This document shows positions 38,801 through 50,954 of a DNA stretch of 64,000 nt, piece by piece. Below the pieces are notes generated by a model. That model was not told the DNA's origin, did not search any database, and saw only the letters and a list, made by a program, of their open reading frames with translations. The stretch lies in NCBI GenBank assembly GCA_016748015.1, contig JAAOMT010000436.1, positions 1,064,033 to 1,128,032 of the forward strand, written 5' to 3'. Source of the stretch: Geosiphon pyriformis uo1. Its lineage: Eukaryota > Fungi > Glomeromycota. The position numbers and the translations under genes were made by a program. Positions within the stretch are counted from its first letter, which is position 1; each line of letters starts with the position of its first letter.

Positions 38801-40490
38801 TTGCATTTCCAGAATTATTGCATCATTGTAGTAGTTAATAAATTGCATGATTGTCAATTAAGTATTTCTCTAATTTTTGATTGATGGAATCACTAAATTG
38901 TTTTAATTTGGAATCCAATTCAGATGATCCATTTATTACTAGATTAACGGCTTGGGCATGGTTAGCTTCGAGTTCAGCAGCTTCAAAATCTCTGGCATTT
39001 GTGACAGTTGCTTACAGATCAATGGGATGCATTGGACATATGCATTGCAGAATGCTACTGCATAATCCGCGAATAAACTGATTTAGAATCTGGGCTACTG
39101 TGAAATAATTGGGGTCAATGGCTTGGATATGGTGCAGATTTCTGTGGAAGCATCCTAAGTAAGTAGTGACTGCTTTATTTTCTTCTTGTTTAATGGTAGT
39201 GAAGGTGTTTGCTAGTCTGTTAATGCTGTTATTATTGCTAAAGTATCTTAAGAACTCTATTTTGAATGCATTAAAATCTTGGGGTTTGTTGACTTGGCAG
39301 TATTCTGAAAAAAATATGAGATGGCTTGTATGGCTTTGGCATCATTCCATCCATTAGCTGCAATGGCTTTCCCCACATCATTTAGCCATACTTGGGCATT
39401 GTTCTTTTTGCCAGTGAATTTTTTGAGTTTGGCTATTGGTGTGTATGCTATTAGATCTAAGTTGGGTTGTGGTGGTTGTTGAAGTGGTACTAGTGGCTGT
39501 TGAATCTGCTGGTGTGGTTGTTGTAGTGGCTGGCCAATTGGTTCAACTGGTGGTAGATTAATGATAATAACAGAAGATAGGTCTGGTTGATTAATTAGAT
39601 TGGAATTCTGATTGTTCTGATTTGGCAGTGGTTGAATATTCAGAGTTTTGATTTCCGGGTTTTTTAAATTTGAATTTTGCTGGGTTTGAAGATTCAGGAT
39701 TCCAAATTCCGAGTTTTCTGTGATTGAGTTTTAGTAAGTAAATTCTTGATCTTTAGATTTTTTTTCTTCCTCTTCTTCTGATTCTGTTATTTCCCAAAGA
39801 CTCGTGTTTTCAAAATCTGGTTAAGATGGTGGTGATTGGAATCCTGATGGCGTTGGCGATCATAATTTAAATTCTTCAAAGTAATCGCCATATGGTCCTA
39901 ATAACTCTGTTTTTTATTGTTTACTTTAAAATGAGAAGTGTCTAAAGATTGATGTCATGTTTGATATGGATGCGTCTGTTGATAAGATGTTGATGGCACT
40001 TCCGGGTGTATAATGGTATGATAGATGAGTGGGTGATTCAACTTGAGTTTTCTTCCAATTGGGTGGTTGGATTTGTTTTGGTGTTACTGCTGGAGTTTGC
40101 AATTTTCCTTTGCCTTTATCTGCGTAGGTGATGGGAAATTGTTGTTGTGTATACTTTTCAATAGTTTGATTGATTTCCCTAATAATTGGTGCGAAACTGT
40201 AGTTTCTTGGTAAGCTGGTATGTTGAAATAATTCTGTATAAAAATTTTCTCTTGTGGATTCAATGTTAACTGTTCCTCCTAAGCAGTCTGTGATTTTATT
40301 GTTGACATAAAAGTTAAAGACTGATTCCACTGGGAAATAATTATTGTTCAACCCTAATTGTTAACTGTACTATTGGAATAAGGATTTGGCAAATCCTAAA
40401 TGGTTTGTTTCTATGATTTCTGATTTTGCTGCTTTTGGATGATTGTTAATGGTGCTGGTTCTCTGTAGGATTATATCTCACAGAGAACAC
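32823..40490 (-). pseudogene. Element B gag-pol polyprotein, many stops and frameshifts
   Basis: Gag; CCHC CHYCGKQGHLQIDC ~38695-38745; protease LILDSGLAGSII ~38000; dUTPase; RT (RFCVDYWKLN, YLND); RNase H (HPVAYASRNL); integrase (KWPETKAI, SDQGTHF, KFDPKWDGPFHI); C-terminal LEPIIII shared with A. Confidence 0.92.
36060..36445 (-). other. dUTPase domain within element B pol
   Basis: AGFDL, SRNSLA, IIDTGYVG, KIAQAI, RGI*GFESTG (eroded motifs I-V). Confidence 0.92.
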
Positions 40491-40492
40491 CA
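40477..40492 (-). promoter_or_regulatory. Primer-binding site of element B (TGGTGTTCTCTGTGAG)
   Basis: 2 nt inside the 5' LTR; resembles the complement of an elongator Met/Ile-type tRNA 3' end (not verified). Confidence 0.8.
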
Positions 40493-40494
40493 AA

Positions 40495-42084
40495 TATTAC
40501 AGATGATTATTTGGGGTCTCAAATTAAATAACAAATCTGTAACTTGGCACTTAATATCTTAACAATACTGATATTACTGGCATGTTGGTTGTATCTGAAG
40601 GTTTTTAGAGTGGAGTGCTTTGTATAATGAACAAAGATTCAATGATAATGTAGTTGGTTGGTGAGTTGTGTTCCCAATTTCTGTCTTTAGTTTGGTGGTG
40701 TTACAGTTTAAGAATTTAGAAAAAAGAATCATAAAAATAATACAAACTATTCAATCATAATATAGCACAGTAATAATCTTAGAAAGGTAATGATTAACAT
40801 AGTAGCAAACACCATCTTGCAATAGTGGCAAGCACCAGTTCACAATAGCAGCCAACACCAACTGGTGATAGCAGCAAACACCAGGTTGAAATATCAAAAA
40901 GAAAGTATTTTCTCATAGAACTACAAACATGTATATATACNNNNNNNNNNNNNNNNNNNNNNNNNNNNNNNNNNNNNNNNNNNNNNNNNNNNNNNNNNNN
41001 NNNNNNNNNNNNNNNNNNNNNNNNNNNNNNNNNNNNNNNNNNNNNNNNNNNNNNNNNNNNNNNNNNNNNNNNNNNNNNNNNNNNNNNNNNNNTAGAAAAG
41101 TGCTAAAGACCATTAACATTCTGTGTTTCTAGATTAGAGAAACACATCAGGCAATTGCAAGGATAGCCTCAGAGAAGACCCCAGACAGTGGGTAGATTTC
41201 AGTTCAGCCTCTGAAAAGGAGTACATAAACACACACAACAATCAAGAATTAAAGAATAACTTACATCGCAACAGTAAAAAGAAAGCCTTCAGTGTAACAG
41301 TGACATTATCACACAAATAGAACTGAGGAACTCACGAAAGACTGATTGCAATTAAAGTGGGATATCAGCAATTAAATATAACAAGAAAACCATCCCGTAA
41401 CAGTGGCCAGTTTATTTTGGCATTCGTGCCTTTTTGGTAAGCTATCCGTTAACATATATATAATTTTACCCTTATTTCTGAGTCTTTTACCAGGCTATTC
41501 ATGATGTCAATTACTCAGCACTTTAATTCTTAATCAGTTAATTTTCAACAAGAAAAATCAAAGAAATAAATAAATAAATAAAAATAAAGAAATAAGCCAA
41601 AGTAATACACAAGTTAGTATCTTATCAATAGCTGTAATCAAGAGCTATTGTTCCAGTGTAGTTAAGTACTAATTATTATCAACATGAAGTGTTGATAGTG
41701 AAGAGTAAATTTGGATAGTAAATGATTTATTTATTTAATATTTGTGAATAGAAGATTTCTAACTAGAGATTCTGCTCTTTCTATTACTAACGCTACTGCT
41801 ATATATACATAATTGATGTTCTATAAGATTGCTCACATTCCTGAGTGATGTGCTATGATTTCTTGAGCAATGCTTATATTGCTGAACAATGTGCCCTAAT
41901 TTTCTAACATCACTCCACATTGCTGAGCAATGTGCTGTGTTTTCTGATATTGCTCCACATTATTGAGCAATGTGCCATGATTTCTGATATTGCTCTACAT
42001 TGTTGAGCAATATGCTCATGTGCTAAATACTATTCTCTTATTGGTCTACTATTTTTTATATCTGTTTTCTTTTTATGAGTAACA
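40495..42084 (-). repeat. 5' LTR of element B, interrupted by insertion D
   Basis: Matches 20969-21750 on both sides of 40699-41402; has extra copies of a ~37-bp unit at ~41865-42020. Confidence 0.9.
40699..41402. mobile_element. LTR insertion D (solo LTR or collapsed element; spans N gap 40941-41092)
   Basis: TGTTAC...GTAACA termini; TSD GTGG at 40695-40698 and 41403-41406; absent from the other B LTR. Confidence 0.85.
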
Positions 42085-42938
42085 ATATTTATATTAATTT
42101 TTAATTTTTTTAATTTTTTAATATATAATAATAAATAGTAAAATAAATATAAACTAATTAATAAAAATAAATTTTTTTTGTTTGTAAATTTGAATTTTTG
42201 TATTTTTTTATACAATTAAATCTGAAATAATCTATATTTTTAGTAAATACAAATTGTTATAAATTATTACAGATTATAAGTTTTTTTAGGTTTAAGTATA
42301 TATAGTATACATATACTAAAAATAGATATAATATTATTAAAAAATAAATTTATTTGCATAAAAATCTTTAAATAGTTTATGCAATATTAAAGAAACTTAT
42401 AAGAGTTATTTGTTTTTGTTTATCTTGTATTTTCTAGTATATATTTAACATAAACAAACTTACTAATTACATCATAAAATTTTTTGCTATTTTTAAGTTT
42501 TATTAAGATTTGTAATAGCAATTAGTACATTCTTAATATTTATTATTTTTGTATTTTTTATTTTTTATTTTTTATTAGAGCTATTATACTTTGTTTTATA
42601 ATTTGTTATAATATAATTTGCAATCTCATCATCATCCAGATATTCCAAAATAATTGTATTGTTTTTATTAGATAAATTTACCAATTTTTTAATTGATTAA
42701 TTTAGCTGTATATAATTAAACTTTTTGTAGCAATCTTTAATTTTTTTAATATTATTTTTTGATATTATTTCTAAATTTGTAGTTTTATTCTAAAAGTTGT
42801 TATTTGTATTGATTGAAAAAATGCCAACTTTGTACCAGCAATAAGTAATTATTTTATTTAAACCATTTTTTTATGTTCTATAAATTAAACATATTGTTTG
42901 AAGTTTGTTAATTATATAAATATTATTAGTACTATTAT

Positions 42939-42978
<40 letters not shown>

Positions 42979-43089
42979 ATCCCCTGGTCACAATGAGAGC
43001 ATTGAGTAGCCAGAGAAATACACTTCCCTTTTTCCCTTTTCCTTTTTTGTTTTTTTGTTATTTCTTTCAATACCCCTTTGTCCACTGCT

Positions 43090-45048
43090 ATGGAACTGGC
43101 AAGTTCTTCTGCTGGTGGTTCTGGGTCTGGTTCGACTGAGTTGAGGACCCAATCTGGCATTAGAAGCAAGAAGCGTGTTGAGAGTGTCCATTTTTGCGGT
43201 GCATCATACAAGAAGCCAAGAAAGCCTGAAGCTGCTGAGAGGATGGTGGATTTGTCGGCTGGTTCTCTCTCTGTAGGCATTTTGGGTGCTGACGGGGTGG
43301 AATGCAAGAAGTCCTGGGGCAGTGACGTGGAAAGTGATGGTAATAGTGTTAGCAAGATCTCAGATATGGAAAACTTAAAGAATATGGTTGCAGAAGAAAC
43401 GAGTTACGTGGATTCAAATGCCTTGGACACTGATGATATGACGAACGATACCACTCCAAGGATGACAAGGACTGTGACTTACATGCTAGGCCAATTGTCA
43501 AAACCTCTTGCTTTTGACAAAATGAGTGATGATGAGAACACTATAGTACTTCTGTTCCCGAAATTCTCTGGTTTCAAGCGCTTGCTGGCAGTTGAGTCAC
43601 GTGTCACGGAAAATAGGAATTTTGAACCAGTTAAATTGTTTGTCTTAGATATTGAGATTTTGGCAGTGCCTGGAAAGACAAATGTTGACAAATTAATGGC
43701 TGTAAAAAAAAATTTTTATCGAATTGATGGATTTGGAGGAGCTTCAACTCCCTCAAAATTTCCAGGAATAATAAGATCTTCATTTACATCTGAAAAAAGT
43801 TTGATTAAGGCAAGGGAAATGGCAATTAGTGAAAAAATTTTGGTAAATGATGATCTAAGAAAAGTAAACAGCCATTCAGATTAGGAGGTAATCATCAAGG
43901 AAATCCCAGTGGATCTTCCCAAATCGGTAATTGAGGCAGTGTTCTCCAGGTTTGGCAAGATTATTTCAATCAAAGTACAACTTATTGGTCTTTGGCAAAA
44001 GACCTTAATGGAATATAAATCATCTAAGATAGCTGATTTGGTCGCAGCTAGATGGTCTGTGCTTATAGAAAAGGATTCTGTTCACGTGGCAAAGGCAAAT
44101 ATTGATAAACAAACGTGGATATATAGGGATCAGCATCGGGCATTGCTTTACACTCTTCCAGTTGGCACCACCGCCCATGATTTGTCTGAATTGGTAGAGA
44201 CTTATGGCGGGAGAACTTGTTATATTGGCTGTAATCCAACTTCATATGTTCATGATTGGTGTGCTGTGATTTGTTTTGAAAGTGAGGCATCCAAGTTGGC
44301 TGCTATTGGTTTGGTTCTGGTTTTCAAGAGTGCAAGTTTGCATTGGGCTGATCTTTTTTTGACCTGTTGCACAGTGTGTAAACAGTTCAGTCATGTTTCT
44401 GGTGTTTGTTCTATGGGTGAGAATTCTGGTGCTCGCAGTAAGTGGGTGGTAACTTCTCAGGATCGGGTTTGTCTGGCTAATGTATATAAGAAAAAGTGGG
44501 CTCCTATCACTTACCCAGTTTCTTTTGGTGGCAAGACATGGGCCCAAATTGCTGGTGGCCCTCCCTCTTATGTGGTTTCTTCTGGTCCTTCTGGTGTTGG
44601 TGCGAATTTCAGTACTGAATCTGCTTCAGTAGTATTCCCCCCTTCTGATATCTCTGGTTTGTGCAATTGGGTGGCGTCTTTGGAATGCTCTTTGGAGCTT
44701 TTGACGGACCAAGTTTCTGCCATTGCAAAAAAACTGGGCTGTATTGAAGTGGTATCTTCAGTGTCTTCTTTTCTTGCCTCCCATCCTATTGCATCTGCTT
44801 CTCTGGCCTCATGCATGGATTTGGATATGGCACTGGATGTTCCATTGGCAACATCTCCTTCTCTTCGCCCAACTGTTGATGATGCTGGCCCTGATTTTGG
44901 TTCCAGTAGTTCGAAGGTTTTGACTGCCAAGATTGGTGGTTTGGAGTCAAAGTTGATGGCTTTGGATGCATCAGTCGGCTCGGTTTTGGCTAGATTGAAT
45001 ATGTTGTGTTCTGGTTTGGGTTTTTCAGTTCTCTTGTCTTCTCAATGA
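43090..45048 (+). pseudogene. LINE ORF1 (RRM-like regions, CCHC knuckle, C-terminal coiled coil), one internal stop at 43882
   Basis: VIIKEIPVDLPKSVIEAVFSRFGKIISIK, ALLYTLPVGTTAHDL, CTVCKQFSHVSGVC. Confidence 0.85.
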
Positions 45049-48000
45049 CCAGTTTGATTTGGAAGGTTGCTACATGTAATGTTCGGGGCATGAATGTTTC
45101 TGTGAAACAGAAAGATATAATTCATTGGCACAAGGACATAGGCAATTTAGTTTCTATTTTTACTAAAATGAAGTTAAAGGATAGGGTTCGTCCCTGGATC
45201 ATCAACAAGTTTGATGGTGTTTGGGTGTTTACTTCTGGTTTGGATTCTGGATATCTGAGTGCTGGTGTGGCAGTTGTAATGGACTCTTCTTTGGCAAGGC
45301 ATATATGCAAAGTTTCTGAAGTGCCTGGCCGGCTTCTGTCTGTTAAATTACTCTTCAAGAATAAGCTCTCAATGTCAATTCTGGGGCTCTATGCTGGTGC
45401 TTCTTCGGTGGTGCAGTTTTCTCAGGCTGATGAGATTAACTCTCTTATTGCAAGGGCTGTTAATGAATCTTTTTTCATCGTTCTTGGGGATGATTTTAAT
45501 GAGAACAGTTCTCATGAAAGTGCAAGTTTCAAAAAATGCTTTGATTTGGGTCTGGTCAATTCTTTGGTCGGTAGTCCAGCGGTGAAAATACCCACTTGGG
45601 AAAATTCTAGGGGTGTTAAGAAAACAATTGATTACGTGTTTGTCTCCTCGAGTCTTGTCAATGCAATAGTGCATCGTGAAGTTTTGAATGTCAGTGGGCA
45701 TTTTGACATGGACTATCAGACTGTTTCAGTGGATTTGGGTTTGGGCGGGCTCTTGAATATGCGTTTGAATTCTCTCCGCAAGCAAGCGAATAGAGATCAT
45801 TGGAAGTTTGACATCAAAAGTGCCAATGAAGCTAAATGGTTGGAGTTTAAGGATGCTTCAGCTGCTAATGTCTCTATGTTTTTGGATGCTTTTGAGGTTT
45901 TCGGATGTGGACATTATATGGGACATTGTTCGCAAGATTATGGTTCTTTCAGCGGATAGTACATTTAAGAAAAAATGGTTCAAAGGTTTTGATGGCGTAT
46001 TTACCAAGACTTCTTCTAGGTTTCACAAGCTGGAACTGCTGGTTTCTAAGTTGGTCAAGGCTTCGCATTTGGCTTCTAATGATGGTTTTGCTTCTTTGTT
46101 GGAGGTGTGGCACAGACTCGACTCTTCTGGTGTATTGGTAATCAAGTCTCTGTTTCTTTTAGGATCTAATTTTGATCTTATTCATTCTGCACTGGCCAAA
46201 GTAAGGAAATCGTACTGCTCTTTCAAGTTATTGGAATCCAGGTGCACTGAAAAATCCTCGATCAAGCAGGCTATTAGTAAGAAAATGAAGAGTTTTGAGC
46301 TGAACAAGGGTCATACCATTAGGAGTGTTTTGGAGTGTCCTTTTCGCAAAGTGGTTCTGGATCATTTGGTTGTAGAAGATGAGTTGATTTTAGAGCCTGG
46401 TTTGGTTAAGTCTAAGGTGGACAAAATTATGGAGGGATGAACCAAAAGATGTGAAGTGGTGTCTGACTTATCTGGGAATTGGGCTCGTCAATATCAGCCT
46501 CTGAATTACGTGTTCGATGGTGCTTTTTCTAATGTCATGTGTTCGATTAGTTTCGATGAGTTGTCAGCTGTTGTTAAGGATCTTCCTGATAGAAAAGTGG
46601 CTGGTCTTTCTGGTATCTCCAACAAATTATGGAAACATTGTGACAAATTTGTTTTGGATATGCTTTTGGTGCTCTTGAATTTCTGTTTGGTTGGTGAGTT
46701 GGTTCCTGAGCCTTGGAGAGAAGCTTGGGTTTCGATGATTCCTAAACCATATGAATGGGAGGGAGTTTTCACAAACACCCGTCCTATAGCTTTGATTGAA
46801 ACGGCTCACAAGATTCTCTCCAAGATTCTTTTAGATAGGATCTCTCTGGCTTACAGCACTTTTGATGTTCTTTGTGGGGACAATTTTTCGGTTTTGAAAA
46901 GTACAATGACACAATCCCCCATTTTTGCTATCGGTTCTGTGGTTAAGGATGCCTTGGAGAAGAACTGCAAACTTTGGCTGGTTTTGCAGAACATGTGCAA
47001 GACTTATGACTTGGTTGGTTGGGAACATCTTAGGAGAAGTCTGGTCAGGATCAAAATGTGTGACAGGTTTATTAGATTTTTTAGCAGTATTCACAATGGT
47101 CGTGTCAACAGAGTGATAACAGACTTTGGCTTGACTGATGGGTATTGTGTCCATAATAGGCTGGATCAGGGAGAAGTTTTCTTACCTCTTCTCTGGCATA
47201 TTTTTTATGATCCACTTTTGTGTGAGATCAAGAGACAGAATAGTGTGTATGGCTACAGGTTGAATTCTTATTTCATATCAAGAACTGGCTGGGTGGACTC
47301 TCAAGCTGGACTGTCTTCGTTTCTTGCTACCAGCGCTTTTGTTGATGATACTATTTGGGTTGGTAGCAGCCAGACTGCTACACAACGCATTCTTGATGTG
47401 GCTAGCGAGTTTTTCAGGTTTAACAATATTTCTGTAAATAACAACAAAACAGTGGCCATCCTCATCAATTGTCAGGTGCTGGACCCTCATTTAACTATTA
47501 GTGGTGCACCTATTTCTATTGCCAAGAAAGGGGAATCTCATTGTTACCTAGGCATTTTTTTATCTTCTGAAGGTTTCTCAAAGCCCAGCTTAGCTAAGGC
47601 CTAGGCAGATGTGTGGTTTTTTGTAAATCTAGTTTTGAGAAAAGCAGTTTCTAATAAACAGTGTGCGTATTTGGTATCTGCGGTTTTTTTTCCTATCATC
47701 AGCTATAGAACTCAGTTTAGTTTCATTTCTGTGGGCATTTGTAACAAATGGGATGCTCTGGTGTGCAAGATCTTGAAGTCCAAGTCTGGATTGCCCCATA
47801 ATTTCCCCAATGATGCACTGCTCCACCTCTTATTGTATGGTTTGAAGACTTTTGAGCAGATTCAAGCTGAGAGTAAATTGGCGTCCGCTGTTGCTTTTGC
47901 AAACTCTGCTGGTATTTTGGGTCATCTTTTTTCTCATAGGGCTCATGATCTTTAAGTACTTAGCTGGCACCCACGTTACCCTTTGCTGTTTCCATTTCGT

Positions 48001-49721
48001 ATTGGTGTTAATCCCTCAAACAATTTTTTGGCTGGTGTGATTTGTATTTTTTCTGGGTATAATTTGTCTTTAGGAGGTTCTCTGGCTTGTGCTTTTCGTC
48101 GTTGGTGCAGTACTCCTATGTCTTTGGTTCTTGGTAAATTCCGTTTTTTCAAGTGTGTCTCTTTGCTTAGACGTTATGGAATTGCTTTCGTGGAATAGCT
48201 TTATGACTGTAATGATAATGTTTTCAGTTAAGGAACCTTCAAGCATTGGAAGAGGCTAGACCCTCGTGGTCCAGTCCCTTTCTGGTTTGTTTTTTCTGTT
48301 CGCTTTCTTGGTGGTGTTGTATCTTTCTCCTCAAATTCTTCTTTGGTGGATGGTCATGCTGTGTCTGATATTTATCTTTCTCATAATTTTGGTGTGATTC
48401 ATAATGCTTTGCTGACCGTTAATGCTGTCCGCCTTTCTGTGTATATGGATGGATCTTTTTTTGGTCTGGGTACTGTTGACGTGAGAGCAGATGCTGCCAT
48501 TTTTTTTAAGGACATTAACTTGGGTTTAGGTGTTGGAGTGTCTGGTTTGGTTTCTTCTACTCTGATGAAGCTGCAAGCCATAGCTTTGGTCCTTGAGTGT
48601 GTTCTTTTTTCTTGTTTGATTGATTTGTTCTTGGATAGCCAAGCTGCTTTGGATGCATGTAGGTTGGAGTTTTTGCTGGTTTGTCTGGATTTCAGGAACC
48701 GCTGTTGGATCAAGTGTCATCACATTGTGACTGTTATTTGTCAAAAAAATTTGGATGTGAATTGGGTTAAGGTGAAAGGTCACTCAGGTGTCTCTGGCAA
48801 TGAGCGTGCTGATGCACTTGCCAAAAATGCTGCTTTCTCTGCTTAGCACCTACTTCATTTAGTCAGTGAACATTTTCTATGTGCTGGTGGTACAGCGGTT
48901 TCTGGTAATTCTAGACACTTTGTTCGTGATATTTTCCAGTTAGTTCATCGAACTCATTGGGAGGTTGGAGTAGGTTGCGTATTGTGGATGATAGTTTGCA
49001 TGCTGATATCAATTGGTCTAAGTCTTCTATGGTGTGGCACCCCAATTCTTACTTGGCATCAGGTTTTACCAGCATGCGCATGGCAGGCTGTCATACTTAC
49101 TTTATGAAGGCTCTCTATCATCGGCTTCCTGTTGCTGTGCACAAGCGTTTATATGATAGGAGATACTCCAGTGTGGTCTGTCTGTTCTGTGGTGATGTTG
49201 AGATCTTGGATCATGTCTTTTCGTGTCCTCAGGATGCTGTTGGCCATGCTTGTTTGTTGGGCACTCATGTTTCAGCTTGGGAGGCTCTTTCTGGTCTATC
49301 TCGCTCTTCTTTATGTGTCTTACAGGTCTTGGCTTCTTGTGTTTCTGAAGTTGGAGTTGGTGTTGCTCTATATAAGAGCTTTGTTTTTGATGAATGGTTT
49401 CATGAGTCGGTCTTGGTTTTTAAAGATTCTAAGGAGGGTACTAAAAGGATTGTGAGCTTTGTGCGTGAGTTCTGTTTTGCATTTCGGGATGATATTTGGT
49501 TGGTCCATGCCAAACACCAAGCGTTTATGGAAAAGCACGGTTTGATTCCACATAATGGCTTCACTCCTGCTTCTGTGTCTGGTTTGCCTATGGTGTTTTT
49601 GGCTGGTGTGGTTAGATTGCTGGGGGTGGCTGAGGCTTTTGGAGTTGGTTTCGGGTTTCGTAAGTTTTGTCCATTTTTTTCAGGTATTGAAGATTTGGTT
49701 TCTGTACATATAAGTGTATAG
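45045..49721 (+). pseudogene. LINE ORF2 (endonuclease-RT-RNase H-zinc finger), several nonsense transitions and a frameshift near 45900
   Basis: APE: ATCNVRG, LGDDFN, TIDYVF, DMDY. RT: RPIALIE, LDQGEVFLPLLW, AFVDDT, YLGIF. RNase H: VYMDGS, DSQAAL, VKGHSGVSGNERADALAK. Zinc finger: CLFCGDVEILDHVFSC. Confidence 0.92.
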
Positions 49722-50954
49722 TATAGTCCTGACTGGCCCGAGTGGCTGGTCACGTGTAATAAGTGCATGATTCACACCTAGTTTAGATCATTTGTATAAT
49801 ATATAGTATTAGGTCGTGTTTGGACCTCACTCATTAAATAAAAAATCAAAAAATCAAAAAATCCAATACATGATAAAAAAATGGTAATAGTAATATGTTT
49901 TAAAACAATGAATAATTTTAGCATTTATAGGCTAAATATATACTGTCAAATTAAATACAAATCATTTTATATGAATATTTATAATAAATCTTATATCATA
50001 GTTATAATTAGCAAAATAGTCTACTAATAACAATATAGTTTGGTTTTTTTTATGCAGCTAATAATTTTAATTAACAAGTTACTATCAAAAAATATTACCA
50101 GTTATCTAAGCATAAGTGTTTAAATAATATTTAAAACCAAATTGGTTTTCTGTTTTTTTTTGAAAACAGTGTAGATATTTAACATAACTAATAATAAGTG
50201 GTGATAAATATTCAGTTCTATTAATATTAGTTGTAAAGACAAATATTAATCACATTTTTGATTGTTTAATACTATAATATAGTATTGTTACAAAACTTTG
50301 ATTTGGTAATATGGCATAAAATAGTACAGTTTTATCCATGTTAAAAATATTGTATAACTTTTAATCAACAAGAAATGTCATTATATATACTCATTTATTT
50401 TTAATATGTTCAATATTGGCTAATAATATTTATCATAAAAGTAAAGTAAATGCAATCTAACATAGTTTTTAAAACTCTTAAACTAGTTATTGAATAGTTT
50501 TTGGCATTTATTTTCTGGAATATTTAATTAATTATAAAACTTTATGCCAGCAGCTTAAATTACATCTTAAATAAATATTATTTTATACAATTCTGCTTCT
50601 TAAACAAAAATAATAAGTGCTTTATTAAAGTCAAGATTACATATTATATGTATATGCTTATTAGTCAAATTACATATTGTATTTGCTTATAAACAAAAAT
50701 TTGGTTTATTTTTGATCCAAGCTAAAACTAAAGACTATTTTATATATAAAAAATTATTTTTTTTAAAGTGTTTTGCAGTTTTTAATTGGTTTTTATTATT
50801 TGTATAATATTAATTAAGCACTATAAGCTTATTATAAAGTATAATATTTTTATAACTTTGTAGAATACAAGCTAAAAAGATAGTATGCTTTTGCTATTAA
50901 ATATAATAGAATCAAAAGACAAAAAAAAAGTACAATTAAAACTTTGATTAGATA

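Larger units (their letters stand above)
20969..42084 (-). mobile_element. Ty3/Gypsy LTR retrotransposon B (dUTPase + ORF3), full-length, decayed, carrying nested insertions C, A and D
   Basis: Matching LTRs 20969-21750 and 40495-42084 (TGTTA...TAACA). TSD ATAT at 20965-20968 and 42085-42088. PBS 40477-40492, PPT 21751-21765. Domain order gag-PR-dUTPase-RT-RH-IN. Confidence 0.92.
42977..49863 (+). mobile_element. Full-length non-LTR retrotransposon (LINE) with APE, RT, RNase H and C-terminal zinc finger
   Basis: ORF1 plus ORF2, short structured 3' UTR, (AAAAAATC)x3 tail at ~49840-49863; preceded by a long poly(A) run ending 42976. Confidence 0.92.

Noticed and set aside
40913-41132. ORFs containing X runs
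   Set aside because: Artefacts of the assembly gap 40941-41092.
42912-49768. Multiple minus-strand ORFs opposite the LINE, and antisense ORFs opposite host genes and Gypsy pol
   Set aside because: Shadow frames of coding sequence with no recognisable motifs.
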